In this document: positions 26,201-40,000 of the stretch, one piece after another
How the letters are laid out: each line of letters begins with the position of its first letter
Position numbering within the stretch: the first letter of the stretch is position 1
Assembly: GCF_036321535.1 (NCBI RefSeq)
Contig: NC_087447.1
Span: 49,292,001-49,356,000 of the forward strand
Origin: Camelus dromedarius
Taxonomy: Eukaryota
Length of the DNA stretch: 64,000 nucleotides
Direction of reading: 5' to 3'
The notes under the pieces: model-generated
Told to the model about the DNA's origin: nothing
The model's database searches: none
What the model saw: the letters and a program-made list of their open reading frames with translations, nothing else
Translations under genes and position numbers: made by a program

Positions 26201-27285
26201 AAAAATTAGCACTTCCACCGGGCAGCTTAGAATGCATGACGAATCTGGAGACCCAAATGAGCAGGCTGCTGGACTCATAGCCAAGGTCATACCACAGGAA
26301 CACCTGGCCCCAACGCCTCCACAGCATGACCTTTAAACATCTCCACCACACTGCACCCCTAGTTGTGGCTCTGCTTACATGACATAAGCACAAATGAATT
26401 CTAACAAGTCTCCTTCTCAGCCTCACTAGTTGTCACATTCAAAGTCCTGAGCCAGGTACATCTTTTCAAATTGCAGGGGGTGTCAGTGGGAATGTATCTT
26501 GCTCCTTTTGGCTTTGAAGTGAAAGATGTGGTCCTAGTTTCCATAAAGATTCACCTAGTGGGAGATTCACTCAAAAGACAAAGCCATGAATTAGTCTTAG
26601 GCAGCAAAAAATGTCCATTACACATTTATTGAGAAGTCACTAAATGCTAGATGCACTGCCAGGAGTTTTATATAAACAAATCTGCAAAGCAACTCTCTAA
26701 CTGGATAATGGTTTCTCCCATTTTATAGCTGAGGAAATTGAGGTTTTAGAGGTGAAGCAATTTTCCCAAGGTCACTCAGCTAGTAAGTGATGGAGCCAGG
26801 ATTCAAATACAGGTGGGTGGTTTTGTTGTTGTAAATACATTATGCTCTCTCCCAAACACAGAGAATTTGTACTTATGATTCCCAACATTTTTTTTAAAGT
26901 GTGAGGCACAGAAAAATGACTAGAGGTAACTATTCCAATATCTTCACATAATGATTGATGGGATAATAGGATTATGAGTAATCTTTCCACTTTCTAATGT
27001 TTTTCTATACTTTCCTTTAAAAAAAAAAGAGCATGCTTTGCCTTAATAATCAAAAGAAAAAATAAAAACAGAAGGATTACAGTACTGTTAACACAATCAT
27101 GGAGAAAATATGCATAGAAAAAAGACTGGAAGGAAATTTGTCCCAAAAGTCTCTGGATAGTACGATTATGGATCTGTTTATTTTTTTTTCAACTTCTATT
27201 TTTCAAAATTTCTATAGTGAGCATGCTCTGAATCAAACAGTAAAATAAGTTTTATTTTAAAATATAGCATAAAAATGATATTAAT

Positions 27286-27427
27286 GGGGAGAGGGTATAG
27301 TGCAAGTTATAGAGCATATGCTTAGCATACACAAGGTCCTGGGTTCAATCCCCAGTACCTCCTCTAAAAATAACCTAATTACTCCCACCAAAATTTTTTT
27401 TAATTTTAAAAAATGTTTAAAAAGAAA
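27286..27427 (+). mobile_element. tRNA-derived SINE of camelid Vic-1 type
   Basis: GGGGAGAGGGTATAG head, tRNA-Ala-like body (TGCTTAGCAT), B box GGTTCAATCC at ~27342, CCTAATTAC tail and A/T-rich end; ATATTAA repeated at 27278-27284 and 27428-27434 as a probable TSD. Confidence 0.85.
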
Positions 27428-28689
27428 ATATTAACAGATTGTACAGCCGTGTCTTGGTCTTTTTAAGTTTCCGTAGTGGTTTGGAAGCCAAGGTAGTTCT
27501 GGGTTTTCTGGGGCAGCCTGGCAGTGCCTGGCAGTGTTTGCTACCAGAGCTGACATTGTTAACAAGAAGTGGGAATGCTGTGTTATTCCCACCCTGGCTC
27601 GGAGTGTTCCACCTGAGATAACTGTTGCTTGTGCTCTGTGCATCCTCTGGCAAATCACACACACCACCACCCCGATCCCCCTGACCACCCCCCTTCTCCC
27701 TTCCTGCTCCTCAGGTTCTCCTTGGGCAAGGTGAGGGAGCTAGATTACCTCGCAGGTCCTCCAACTCAGTGGGGACATTCTGTGTCTCGTTGCCCCTTCC
27801 CAGCCCCCTCCCCTTCCCAGCTTCTTCACCAATCTGCTCCCTCTCTTCCTCCTTCCATGTACACTCCCTTCCTACCAAGTCCCCAGAGTCTCCAGGTAGA
27901 GGCTCACTTTGGCTCCTGCAGTGGCTAAGCTGCTGCAGTAAAGGATGCAGTGGGGTAGATTAGAGGCAGCTGGGGAGGGAGGAGGGTCCAGGCCAAGGCT
28001 CAGGTCGAAGAGCCTGGGCAGGGCAGGCGGCCAGCCCCAGCAGCCCAGGCCAAAGCTACCTCAGCAGCTTCTGCTAAACTCTAGCAAGGCATCTAAGCTT
28101 GGGTGGCAGCACCAGAGCTGAGAGGTTCGTAGGGGAGGGGAGCATCTGCTGAGGTCAGCACAGCCTCCAGAAACCTCTCCAGAGGAGGAGGAGGCCACAG
28201 AGAGTCCTGGCCCAAACTTTGGACTCAGAAATAAGAGGAAATGACATTTCATCCTCCCTAGGGAATGTGACTCAGGTCCTAGAAAGCTAGAATCCAGGGC
28301 TGAGAGGGTCCTCAGAGGATACCTGATGGAGATAAGAATCTTTACTACTCCCAGATGGACTGTAGGGCTTCCTTGCCTTCTGGGATGGAAACTCATTCCC
28401 TTCTACAGCAGCCCACTCCACTGAGAGGTGGTTCATGCCTCAGTTATCAAACTGCCACCAGTGTCATCTCTGCGCCAGGGCTTGGGCTGGGCCCTGGGGA
28501 TGCAGAGATGAATGTGGTCTCTGCCCTCAAGGAGGTCACCATGTAAGGGTGGAGGCAGACACTGACCACACACTGTGGTGGAAAAGCTGCGGGAGCCCAG
28601 AGGCAGTCTGGAGCCAACCTTGGGGTAGGGTGGGGCTCAGGAACTGCTTCCCAGGGCAGGCAGTGGACCCAAGGAGGGTCTGAATAAAC

Positions 28690-29330
28690 AGGTGCTTCAG
28701 TTACCACCTAAACGCTGACAACTCCCAGCTTTGCAGCTCCAGCCCTTACATGGCTCCTGAACTCCAAACTTAAATATCCAACTGCCCATTCGGCACCTCC
28801 ACTTGGATGTCTTGGCATCTGTAACTCATCAGGACCAAGGCTGAGTTCACCCTCTCAGCCCACTCCAGACCTGGTCTTCCCTCTCTTGGTGGATGGGTCC
28901 CATCATCCACAAACCAGACACCCTGGAGTCATCCTTCCCCCGGCCTCCATATCCAGTCTGTCACCAGGCCCTATGTTCTCCCCACCCGCACGCCACTACC
29001 CAGCCTAAGCACCATCACCTTCCACCTGTGCTCTTCAAAGCATCTCCTCAGTTGTCTTCTTGCACTCAGCCCTCTTCAATCATGCAGTGACAGTGATCTC
29101 TCCAAAAAGCAAATAAAATTGTCACCTCTTTGCTTAAAAGCCTTCAGTGGCTTCTCCTTGCCTTTGGAGTAAAGGTTAAAATCCTGAACAAGGCCTGCAA
29201 GGCCCACATGGCCTGGCCTTTGCAGGCCTCACCAACTGTATCTCAGCAATCCCCTCCTCCCTCTCTTGACGTCTCATCTCCCACCCACCTAGCCTAGTTG
29301 CCCACCACAGAGACCTTTGTACATGTTATT
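28690..29330. mobile_element. L2 LINE fragment
   Basis: CTCCTGAACTCCA..ATATCCAACTGCC..CTCCACTTGGATGTC..GCTTAAAAGCCTTCAGTGGCTTC. Confidence 0.65.
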
Positions 29331-32300
29331 CACACTGTCTCCCATATGGGCACAAAGACATGGTCTGCCCTCCTTTCCTCTTCCAAATGACTTCCAGGAC
29401 ATCTGTTCTTTGCTTGTTCACTGCCCCTGAACACCAGTTTCTGGGCCTTCTCAGTTGAAGAAAACAGGACATAGCCAACAGTTACAAAGTAACCATCATT
29501 TCTGGAGCCCAAGGTCCCAGAACCTCCCAGCATTCCCAGAGGCACATCCCTCACTCTGGCTCCCAGATGCCTTCCAGAACTTCCGTTCTCCTTCTGCTCT
29601 CTTACTCCATTTCTGGGCTGGGGGCTGGGAGTGGAGGGCTGGTAAACCTCCCCATCCCCTCAGCCTAGACCCTTTCTGGGCCTTAGTGAGCTCAGAGCCC
29701 TGAGAAGAAGAAACAAAGTGCCCAGGCTGGTGCTCCGCCTGGACCTGCAACCCACGTGCTCCCTGACAGGACAGCCATCCTCAGGCCCCAGGCCAGGCAT
29801 TGCCTCCTCTGTGCAGTTTGGCAAGACCAACCCCTAAGGCAGGAGGCCCTTTTCCCTGGGCTCTCACAGCACTCAGTGAGCCCAGGACTGTCAATTCACC
29901 TGCTGTTGTATACATAGGTTTCTCTGACCAGATCAGGAGCTCAGCTGCTCAAGGGCTGGTTGTTTTAATCTCTGAACCCAAGCCTGGCTCCAGGGTGGTC
30001 TCAAAAGAGAGGCTCAGAAAAGGCTTGGCATTAGAATTCAAGACTAACATCACATAAATGTGTGTTTTTTGTCTTCTTGTCACATAAACCACTGTTAAGC
30101 TCTCTGACATCCAAAACATTTTGTGAGAAGGGGGACTAGGAGTCTGACCAGCCTCAGTTGTGATCTCAGCTCCACCTGTTTCTAACTGTGACCTAGGGCA
30201 AATGCTTAGCCTCTCAGGACCTCAGTTGCTTCCCCTATAAAATGAGAGCAAAGTTCCCCTCAAGGATTTTCATAATTAAGTAAGCAATCTTATGCAAAGG
30301 GTATGGCAGACAGTGTGTGCTCAATAATTCTCCACCCCTCACCCCCTGCCCCCACCCAATCTTTGAGCCCAGATAGGGACTTGGTATTTACCTGGATGAA
30401 CTTGAACCTATGGTTGTCACCTATAGGTCAAGTTAATTCAGATCATTTTGAAACCAACATCGGCCATCTGACACAGATTAGTTACACATTTTATTTGACC
30501 TCATCCAAGTCCTTCAAAAATACATCAGACCCACAAGTCAGCATGGAGGACAAAGCCTGAGCCGGGATCTAGTTTGCCCTCCAGGCTGCCATTGATCCAC
30601 TAATCAATTCTCCTCCATCAACTCTCCAGGCAGCTAGGGATTCCCCTAGAGTATCACTATTTGGTCCTGCCCCTAATCTTGCCATAAAAATGCCTTGGGA
30701 GATGTTCCAAATGCCTTTTTGAAATCAAGATTGTCAGAACTCTGACAGATCCTATCACTCGGGTTCTCGCAAAGGAGGAGACAGGAAGTCATATTGACTT
30801 CCTTCAAGTAAACCAATGCTGGGTCTTGATGGCCACTGCACTTTCTTCTTTATTTTTTAACGATATAAGGCATTCTTTTTCTGCTGTCTTTGTTAGTTTT
30901 GTTAAATCGGAAGAATTTTCAGTTCTTAGTGAAAAGTCTCACTTAGAAATGATCAAATTAACCCAGGCTACTTGCCTACAACAGTTGGCTGTTGGCTGAA
31001 AACAGCTCAAAACACATAAATGAGAACCTCTCTCTATCACAGGAAATTTGCTTTCTGGATGAATGAAGATTTTCTATCAGAAGGTAAATTTCCATCCTGC
31101 TCTTCTGGCTCATAAATGTGGAATAGTGGGACTGAAATAATTGCTGTCTTCTTGTAATATTGAGTCAAACATTCACTTGTTAAAAATATAACAACACTGT
31201 GCCTTAATAAAAGCTTAGCTGTATATTTTAAGACCTAGAAAATAAGCTTAGCCGACTATGATTTTCAAAGTTTTGTAAAATTATTGAGAACACAAAAAGC
31301 CAGTACAAGAAGGAGCATAATGAAATCCAGCAGGAATAATTTGTAATTAGAAAACCCCACGCAATTCTTCAGCCAAGGATAATGGTGATCCATCTTAAAA
31401 ACACATGTGTCCCATGCTGGGCACTGATGAGGCTAATCAGACACACTCCACTGATATTTTTCACAGTACTGAGGGGCCCCTAATTGCTGGTAGGTGCAAA
31501 CAAGCAAGCTCCTTGCTGCTCCTCTTAGGAGATCATGATGATTAAGAGCAGGCCTGGAGCCAAAGAGCCTGGGGTGGAATCCCAGCCCTTCTCTTACTCA
31601 CTCTGTGACCTTAGGTAAGTTACTTACTTTCTCTTTGCCTCAGTTTCCTCATCTTTAAAATCAGGATTGAGAATCACCAACTTTCAGGGTGGTGGTTGTG
31701 AACACGGGACGAGCTGCTATGTGAAGTTGGCCCGCCCCAAAATGTATCTTTCTGACTCCCCAGTTGCTACTGGAGTGTTCATAGGCAGGGCCAAAGGAGG
31801 GTCTCCATTCCCTTCCCCATCCTGCCACCTGTCCCTGTGTTAGGGGCACTCGGCTCCTGCCAGAAGATGTAGCCTGTGTGGAGGGGCACCATGCCCACAG
31901 TGGCACTGCTCTGAGGCCTCGTGTTCCTCTCCTCCTCAATGCTGCCCACCCTACTCTTGACCACAGCCTGGCCCTGGCCCAGCTGGAATTCTGGTGATCT
32001 GCCCAAGCTAAGCAGGGGTGGCTTGGCTCCAGCAAGGGCTAAAGGTTCTTCATTTTGTTTTCTGCTTCAGCTTAACCACATGGGGTGGGTTGAGGGGGAG
32101 GGGAAGTGGCAAAGTGGGGAGAAGAAATGCACTGTGCCCACACTTCTTCCTACTCTGTCTCCCCCATGGCTGGGCACAGGCTGTGTACAGTCCAGCACTG
32201 TCCTCAGCCCCAGGAAAGTCTCCCACCCCAAGGGTCCCCTGCATGGTATCCCAGGGCATGGGAGTGAACTGCCTCTCTGTCTCTGCAGCACCTCCACCAT

Positions 32301-35115
32301 TCCTCCATCTGTCCCCCTGCTTTTTATGTCCTTCCCTGGTTTAGCCTGTCCTGCCTGTTGAGTTCAATAGCTCTTCTCAGCACTTGCCACTTGCCTGTCC
32401 CTTCCCACGCTGGGTGCTGGGGGCACAGAGATGACGCAGGCCAGGGCTCTGCCCTCTGAGCGCTCATTTTATAGCACCAAGAGTACAGGCTGAACAGCAC
32501 ACAGCCCGAGCTGGACTCTCCACTCGGCCCCTTTTAAGCCATGTGATCTTGGGTCAACTACTTAACCTGAGTGTCCACTTCTTTATTTAAAAATTGGGGC
32601 CAAAGTACCTCCATTTAAAGGCCACTGTAAAAATGAACACAACCATGTATGTAAAGCTCTCAACTCAGGCACTGAGTGCACCGGGTGCTCAGTCTAGTCA
32701 GCCTGCCTTCCATTCCTCCATCCGTCCGTCTACCCATCCTCCCACATCCCTCCCTCCCTCCTTCCCTAGAGCCAGCTGCCTCTTCAGAGGAGAGGAGCAG
32801 GAAGAGACGGGTCTGCAGGTAGATGTGGAGCCCTCCCCAAGTTGGGGGCCCTAAGAGTCAGATGGGTCTGTGCAGGGCCCAACCCTGTGCTGGGTGGTGT
32901 GGATCGCAGACCAGCCATGGCTCTGCCTGCCAGGTGCTTTCTTTCAGAAGTAGATTGAGTCCTCTGACCTCCTTTTCCCTCTCCCCGTGGCTAATTAGGG
33001 CCGATTGTGGGCTCCTTTTTAGCTTTTCTTTTTCTGAACTTCCAACTGGCTTCTTTTTTCCTTCTCCAGGGCAGGGCTGGGGACACACTGGCAGGGCCAA
33101 GCTGAAGCCCCTGCCACAGCCAGGCCCTGTGCTAAGGAGGGGGAGAGCTGTCTATTGTGGATATACCACGAGGGCTGCCGAGGCATGGAATGTGGAGTTG
33201 CCTCAACAAGGAACTGCTTCTTGATTGTTTAGGCTGCTGTCTATTGTCCTAAGTCCAAAAATATGTGGGGCAGCCAATAATCAATGTTCTGGCAAGCCTT
33301 CAAGAAAGTGATGAGCTCACAGAGATCCCAGGGAAATCAGAACTTTATTAGGGGTGGGAGATGCTACCCCAACCATACCTGAGGCTGAATGTTTTCTCTG
33401 CCATTTTGGAAAACAGTTGGGGAAATCTAGGGACCTAGATTGTGACCCACTGAGGGAAATCAGCACTATGTCCTCCTGGTAAATGGGCAACGAGAGGTTG
33501 GAGAGGAAGCGGGAAACCTCTAATTCTTGAGACCTAGGCTAGTGTAGCAAGAGATGGTCTGTCTGCAAAAAGCGGGGTTTTCTAGGGGTTCCTTCATGAG
33601 CTGGGAGCTCCAGCACTTCAGTGGTGGGAAATGAGTCCATTGTGAGTCCCAGGGCCAAGGATTAGCAACAAAGAGGGCTGAGACCCAAGGTGGGATTGAA
33701 ACATCTTAAATCATTAAGAAAGGACTGAAACTGCAGTGCAATAAAGCTGCTCCAGCTGGGCAGAGAGAAGGGTGGTAGCAGCTGAAGCCAGGCAGGGCTG
33801 TCACTTACCGAGAAGCACAGATCAATGGAAAGGGTAGGCATGTCAGGGCGATGTCATATTGGAGCTCTGAGCAGAGCAGAGAAAGAGACAGGGGTAGGGT
33901 GATGGAGGCGGGGGGTGGGGCGCAGTGGTGCAGGAAGCAGAGGAGTCATCAGGAAGGCTTCCTGGAAGAAGAGTGTCACTATGAAGGTCAAGAAGTCTGC
34001 TGTCAAAAAGGTTCGGGAGGTAAACTGGAATTGGGCTCACCAACCATCTTGAGTGCCAGGTCCTGCGCTGTGGTTACCTCTGCATTCTAGGTGGGTGCTG
34101 AGGGTGTGATGCTGAACTACTCAGGCCAAGGTGTCCTCCATGCTCCAGCTCCAGCTCCAGCGGGTGGGAGGCTGCCACATGTTCTCATCACGCCTTCTCA
34201 CCTGGAGCCGGAGCCTGCTGTCTGATGGTTCCTTTGCTAATGGCTTCCAGGTGTGTCCTTGCGCCCCTGGAGGGAGACATCCTGGAGGACACCCCCCCTA
34301 CCCAGTTCCCACCCCTGTGGTCACCTTCAGCCACAGAACCTGAGCTGGCCTTGGGCAGGCCATTGTGTACTGGTGCAATCTCACTCCAGGTGGGAGGGGT
34401 ATCAAAGGTCAGACTGCCTCCTTCTCTGATTGGCTGCTGATCTCTGAGCCCCGCTTCATTGTCATTTCTGGATCCTTGGTGCCTTTAGTGCATGGAACCC
34501 GGGGTAACATGAAAGTTGCCTGTGGAATAAGATAGTTGGATGGCCTGCATCTCTTTGGGGAGAGGGGTTGGCCTGTTTCCTCTTTGTGAGACTAACAGTG
34601 TCTGTGCCTATGGGTCTCCATGACTTTGGGCCTGTTTCTGCATATCTGTAACTCTCTGCGTGTCTGTCTTTGCAACTATTTGTCTCTATGTCTGAGACTA
34701 TGGGTCTATGTGTTTCTCTGTGTATTTCACAACAAAGATTTCCTTGACAGTAACAACAAATTCCATCAGCATTTATTGTTTAATAAATGGAAGTCCAATA
34801 TTGCCTTTTCTGCTTCACCTCCCTAAGGCCTTAAATTTTCATTCCAAAGTTATTTCCAGCCTAAATGGGTTGGGGGTGGGGATCTGATTAATGCTCTTCC
34901 GGGGGTGACTTGGACTCAGGAAGGAGAGAGGCTCATGGCTGATGAACTGCAAAGCAGCAGGGGTACCAGAAATCACTTCCCTGTGACTTGGAACAGTCCC
35001 CAAGCTCCAGACACCTTATAGTCCCTGGGTCTATCTTCTGGTACTCTCCTGGTCCAGGCTGGTCCAGGCTGACAATTGACCAGATGCTTGTGCTCCTGGA
35101 CCAGAGCTTATATTG

Positions 35116-35310
35116 ACCACCAGCTTTATCATCACCATCCTCACCATTACCTCTTCATCTCTACATCACTTCACCGCTACTATCACCACCATTACCATTA
35201 TCACTCCTCCAACCAACATCACCACCACCACCATTATTACCATTGTGTCAGCATCAACATAACTGGTATACCTCAGTCATTGTCTCCATCAACACCACTA
35301 CTCCATTACT
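35116..35310. repeat. Degenerate (CAC/CAT)n trinucleotide repeat
   Basis: catcaccaccaccaccattattaccatt; this is the source of the spurious His-rich ORF. Confidence 0.85.
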
Positions 35311-35790
35311 AATGTTAGAGAGTTCAGGTTACTTTTCAATAGCTATGTTTTCTTCCTCTTCAGTAATAAGGACCACGACTTCTTGCTGGGAAAATTGCCC
35401 CCTTCCCAGTTAAAGGACTATAGTTTCCAGGCCCTTTGAAGCTATTTAGATGTGTCCATGCAATTGAAACTGCTGAGTGAAATTATGGGAAATGCCCATA
35501 AAGGGAAGGGACACCCTTATTTATCTTTTGCCTCCATCTGCTACTTGATGGCTGGTGCTCTAGCAGCCACTTTATACCACAAGAATGAGGAATATGCCTA
35601 GGAAAGGCAGACTAGGAGGCTGTAAGGAATACTGGTTTCTCAATGGAGAAACCATTCAGACCCTGGACTGCTATATATGGACTTTCTCTGATGAGAGAGT
35701 AAAAAATGAACTCCTATTTCCATATCACTGAAGAGATTGTTGTTTTGGGCATTCTGATGCATACAGCTAAACCTAATCCTAATTAGTATA
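35310..35790. mobile_element. MaLR (MLT1-type) LTR remnant
   Basis: GATGGCTGGTGCTCTAGCAGCCA, CCCTGGACTGC..GGACTT and ...CAGCTAAACCTAATCCTAA motifs. Confidence 0.55.
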
Positions 35791-36022
35791 CATTATCTCA
35801 TATTACTTTGCATTAAATAGTTCAGGCCAATGATCTGTATATGAAGATGAGGGAGATAGGACATGAGGGGATGGGGTGAAGGGTGAGAGGCAGAAAGGAA
35901 GTGGGGGTGGGAGAGAAAGAGGCAGGGGGTGGGGAGAGAAACTGACTGAATTCCAGGACAGGGGAGCAATTCCTACCCTTGGGAAGTAGCCATTTTGAAA
36001 CAGACAGTAGCAAGGACAGGCA

Positions 36023-36043
36023 TTCAGCACCATGGACAGATCC
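36023..36043 (+). promoter_or_regulatory. RE1/NRSE (REST-binding) motif TTCAGCACCATGGACAGATCC
   Basis: Both half-site cores are perfect with a 2-bp spacer; two mismatches in the tolerant 3' tail. Confidence 0.8.
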
Positions 36044-36565
36044 TGGGAGGCAGTAATGAGGGAACAGGGCAGGAAAAGATGAGAAGTGTTTTGTGGTGGT
36101 GGTGATGGTTGTTTTCCCTCAAGGAATGTTCATTAACCCCCACTCTGTACCAGGCACTATGCCAGTATCTTGGATAAATACCAGGGCAAATTTCCACCAC
36201 GTCCACATTGCTCCCAAGACCGGAGCAAGGAGATCAACATGCAAAGGCTCCCTAAAGAAGAAGGAAGGAACTGAAAAACCAATTGTGGGGTAGAACAAGA
36301 AGAATGCATGACAGGATAGACAGACAGTGAAGAATCGAGGACTCTGGGCTCCAGGCTAGAAGAGACTGAGTGGGTCAATTGGTCTGTGAATTAAAGGAGA
36401 GTGCAGCACTGGGTGAGAGTTAAAAGAAGTCAGTTCTCAGGCCCTTCTATTCCCCAGATACTACACCAAAGATTCCAATTTCTGGTCATAGGAATCTATG
36501 ATACTGTGATTGTAGGAGTATGTGGAATCTGTGACTAAGATTCTACAATTCTAATTTAAGGCTTT

Positions 36566-37023
36566 GAATCAGTTATCTACTGCTGTGTAACAAACCACCC
36601 CCCAAAGATTAATGGCTTAAAACAGCAACCATTTTATTTGTTCACAATTCTGAGTCAGCAATTTGGGCTTGAGCCAGCAAGGTAGCTCTTCTGGTCTTAT
36701 CTGGGGTCACCCAGGGAGGCAGAGTCAGCTGGAAGGTCATCTGGGAGCTGGTTGGTCTAGAACTTCAGCAGGATGGTTCCTTTCTGGTCTCTACCTCTAA
36801 GAGGCTTGCTTGGGTTTCCACACGTGGAGCTCTAAGGGGAGCAAAAAGGGGGGGTGCTCAGACACAAGCACTTTTTAATCCTCTGCTTGTATCACATTTG
36901 CTGATGTCTCAGTAGCCAAAGGAATTCACATGGCCAAACTGAAGTCAGTGTGGGAAGGGACAGCGTAAAAGACTGGATACTGATAGGTTTCATTGGGGAA
37001 TATTAATATAACAACCTACCACA
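36566..37023. mobile_element. MaLR (MLT1-type) solo LTR
   Basis: Begins TGAATCAGTTATCTACTGCTGTGTAACAAACCACCCC..AATGGCTTAAAACA and ends ACCTACCACA. Confidence 0.7.
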
Positions 37024-40000
37024 TGGTCTAAGTGTTTCACCACCATTCATATTACCAACACCGTAAGAGTCTTATGTTCTGATTCCAACAGACTATGGTT
37101 CTCTGGCTCTCTGAGTCTTGTGGTTCTTAGAATTCAATGTTTTGATTCCAAGATTTTGTAATTTTAGAAGTAGAAGGCTTGGTACAGCTGAGGAGGACAG
37201 TGAGGACCCAAGCGGATGCAGGGGAAGTCAAGTAAAGTAAGGTCACTCCCAGATCTAAGTGGGAACCCACCTGTCTCTTTCATTCCCATCCCTAGAGCAG
37301 AGCAGTGGCATGAGCTGAGAATCAGAAAATCTAGATTATAGGCCCTGTTCCATCATTAGTCTGGGGTGACCCCAAGCACAGCATGTAACCTCCCAGTGTT
37401 CTCATATAACCAACAGAGATATCAATCCCTGTCTTCCAAATGACACAGAACAGTGGTGAAGCCAGGAGAACTGGGCCCACTAACTGCTATTATCAGGAGT
37501 CTGACCATGACACAGCTAGGAAGAGGGTTTTGCTCCCCTCTTCTCAAACTGCATCTATAGCTGCTGAGACCATGAGTTTTAAGGAAGCCAAGATTTAAAT
37601 ATGTTATTGCCCTTGGTCTGTCCTGACCTCTACCTGCAAAAGAAAGGAAGGAAGGGAAGGAGGAGAGGGGTTAGAGAGGGAAGGAATCCAACTCTGCTCC
37701 TTCTCCTTCCCCCTCCAGCCCCTGACTTACACTGGAATCCTGGGGCCAGACCCTGCCTGGCCTTGAGACTTAGTCTGCTCTGCTCTTTATTTCCCCAAGA
37801 AGAGGAGTATGGAGGCAAAAAGTAGCTCCATGAGAAGAGACTTAAACCAGGGCAGCAACTCATGAAATTTAACAGCTAGAGGGACCAATGGCAACACACA
37901 GGCTAAACCACCTTGTAGCACAGGTGAGGAAATAGAAGCCCAGAGAGGGACAGGGGCCGTTCACAGTCACATGGCTAGCCAGCAGCAGATCAAGACCAAA
38001 AGCCAGATGGGGACAGTCTCCTTTTCTAAATTTCAGTTTCCAATTCTAAACTGGGGCTAACAAGCCCAGCCTGGGGCACCACTTAGAAACTGTAAAGCAC
38101 AGTGCAGAGGTAGCAAGGAATCGGGCTTTTCCTGATGGCCTGAGCATCTGGGTGGAGGAGGGTGAGTAGAGGTGAGGGCAGGAGCACTTAAGACTTTCAG
38201 AGGACTCATCCAACTCATTTATTCTAGTCTTTCCCCAGAGGCCCAGGCCGCAGAGTAGAGGTGGGTATTAAATACCAGAAAGTTATTTAAAAGCCAGTTG
38301 CCTGCCCCACAAAAGCAGAGCTTGGCCTCTGCTGACTCAATGGAGAAAATGAATCTTGGGCCTATGGGTTTTCCCGTGTCTTATGGCAATGGGGGGAGGC
38401 GGGAATGAGAAATGGGAACGGCAAAGCCTGCATTGGAGTTTTCCTCTCCCTGCCATGGCAGAAGCTATACAAGAGGAGAGAACCTGGGGCCTCCCCCACT
38501 ACCTAATGACTGAGCTTCATCATGTCAGCCTACCGGGCTGCTACTCCACCTACCTCAGGAAAGGGAGGCCAACATGAGGGCCACCAGGATAAAGGGATTG
38601 CAGGCTGCTACAGCGTAGGACTTAGGAGGACTCCAAACCATACTACTACTGCTTTATAGTTGAGGTGGGGCCAAGTTCAAGGTCACATATTGAGAAGGTG
38701 GGGCACCAACTTGGGCAAATCACAATATTACCTTCCCCTCCATGACCCCCATCCCTAAAAGGCCAAGAAGCAAAGGACTCACAAGCCCTCCAAGATCATG
38801 CTGCACACACACAGGCACACACAGCTTTGTAGACAGGGGAACAGAGCTAGAAAGGCAGACGTGCCCACAGGCTCTAGTAACTGAGTTGCCCCTGATTGAC
38901 AAAGTGGAGCTGGAGGCAGATGGGGAAGGGCTACCTGCTGGGTGACCTCAGGGAAGTTGTAAAAACTCTCCAGGCTCCCTACCAAGGCTTAGTGGAGCTT
39001 ACAGAGGGCAGGGCCTTTGCAGGGAGAAAAGGGGTCAAGTGTAGAAACTGGAGTTTGGGAGAGGGGACAACACCGTGGAAGGCTGAGAGGGGCTCTGAGG
39101 CCTGGTGGGATAATAAACTCAAGAATTGGGGTCCAGTGTGGCTGACGTGGGGAATTCTCAACATGGCACTGGACAGAGGATCACTCTGCCTGGGTGGGGC
39201 TGGAGTGCCTCACTGAGTCCTAAGGAAACCCTGAGGGCCTGAACTCTTTGTCCACAGGCTCCCTTGGGATCTGACCCAGTCACTCCCTAGAGAACCTAGG
39301 ATGGGGAGGGCTGTGGCACAAGAGATAAGCAGGAAAACCGAGCTGCTGTCAGGCTCTGGTCCCAGTCGGCTGTGAAACCTTGGGGAAAGCATTTAACCTT
39401 TCTGGGCAGCTGTCTCCTGGTATAAAGTGTAGATGGGGGATCCTCACCTAGCCAGCTTCACAGGGATGGGTGGATGGAGCCAAAGATTTTTAAATCATTA
39501 TTTCATTTAGTAAATGTTCCTTGGTGCCTTCTCCAAGCTGAGCTCTGAGCTGTGTGCTAACAACACAAGAAATCAGATGGGTCCTGAGCCACAGCTGCTG
39601 ACAGTCAGGGAGCTCAGGGAAGCTCTGCCCTCTCTGATCACTAAGTGAAGTTCAAAGGAGAGCAAAGGAAGTCATGAAGGCTTCCTGGAGGGGACAAAAC
39701 TCATGCTGAGCCCTGAGAGACAGAGGGCTGGGCTGGAGAAACAGTCAAAGGGAGAGAGCACCCCATGTGGGGCAAACAGTGAGCAATCCCCTGGGTGCAT
39801 CAGAGAATAAACACACAGTCTCAGATGCAATTGGAAACACATTTATTGAACACCTACTACATGCTGAACACTGACAACCCCAAGGTGGAGAGGGCTGTTC
39901 CTTCGGAGAAATGAGGCCCCCACATGGCTCACAGACTTGGTTCAGGGGAACTTGGACAGAGAAAGGGGACACCTGTACAAAGAGGGGAGGGCAGGGAGAA

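Noticed and set aside
27286..27360. Possible tRNA-Ala gene
   Set aside because: Degenerate A box, SINE-specific tail and TSD indicate a SINE, not a functional tRNA.
35076..35312. His-rich 78-aa ORF
   Set aside because: Translation of a (CAC/CAT)n simple repeat.
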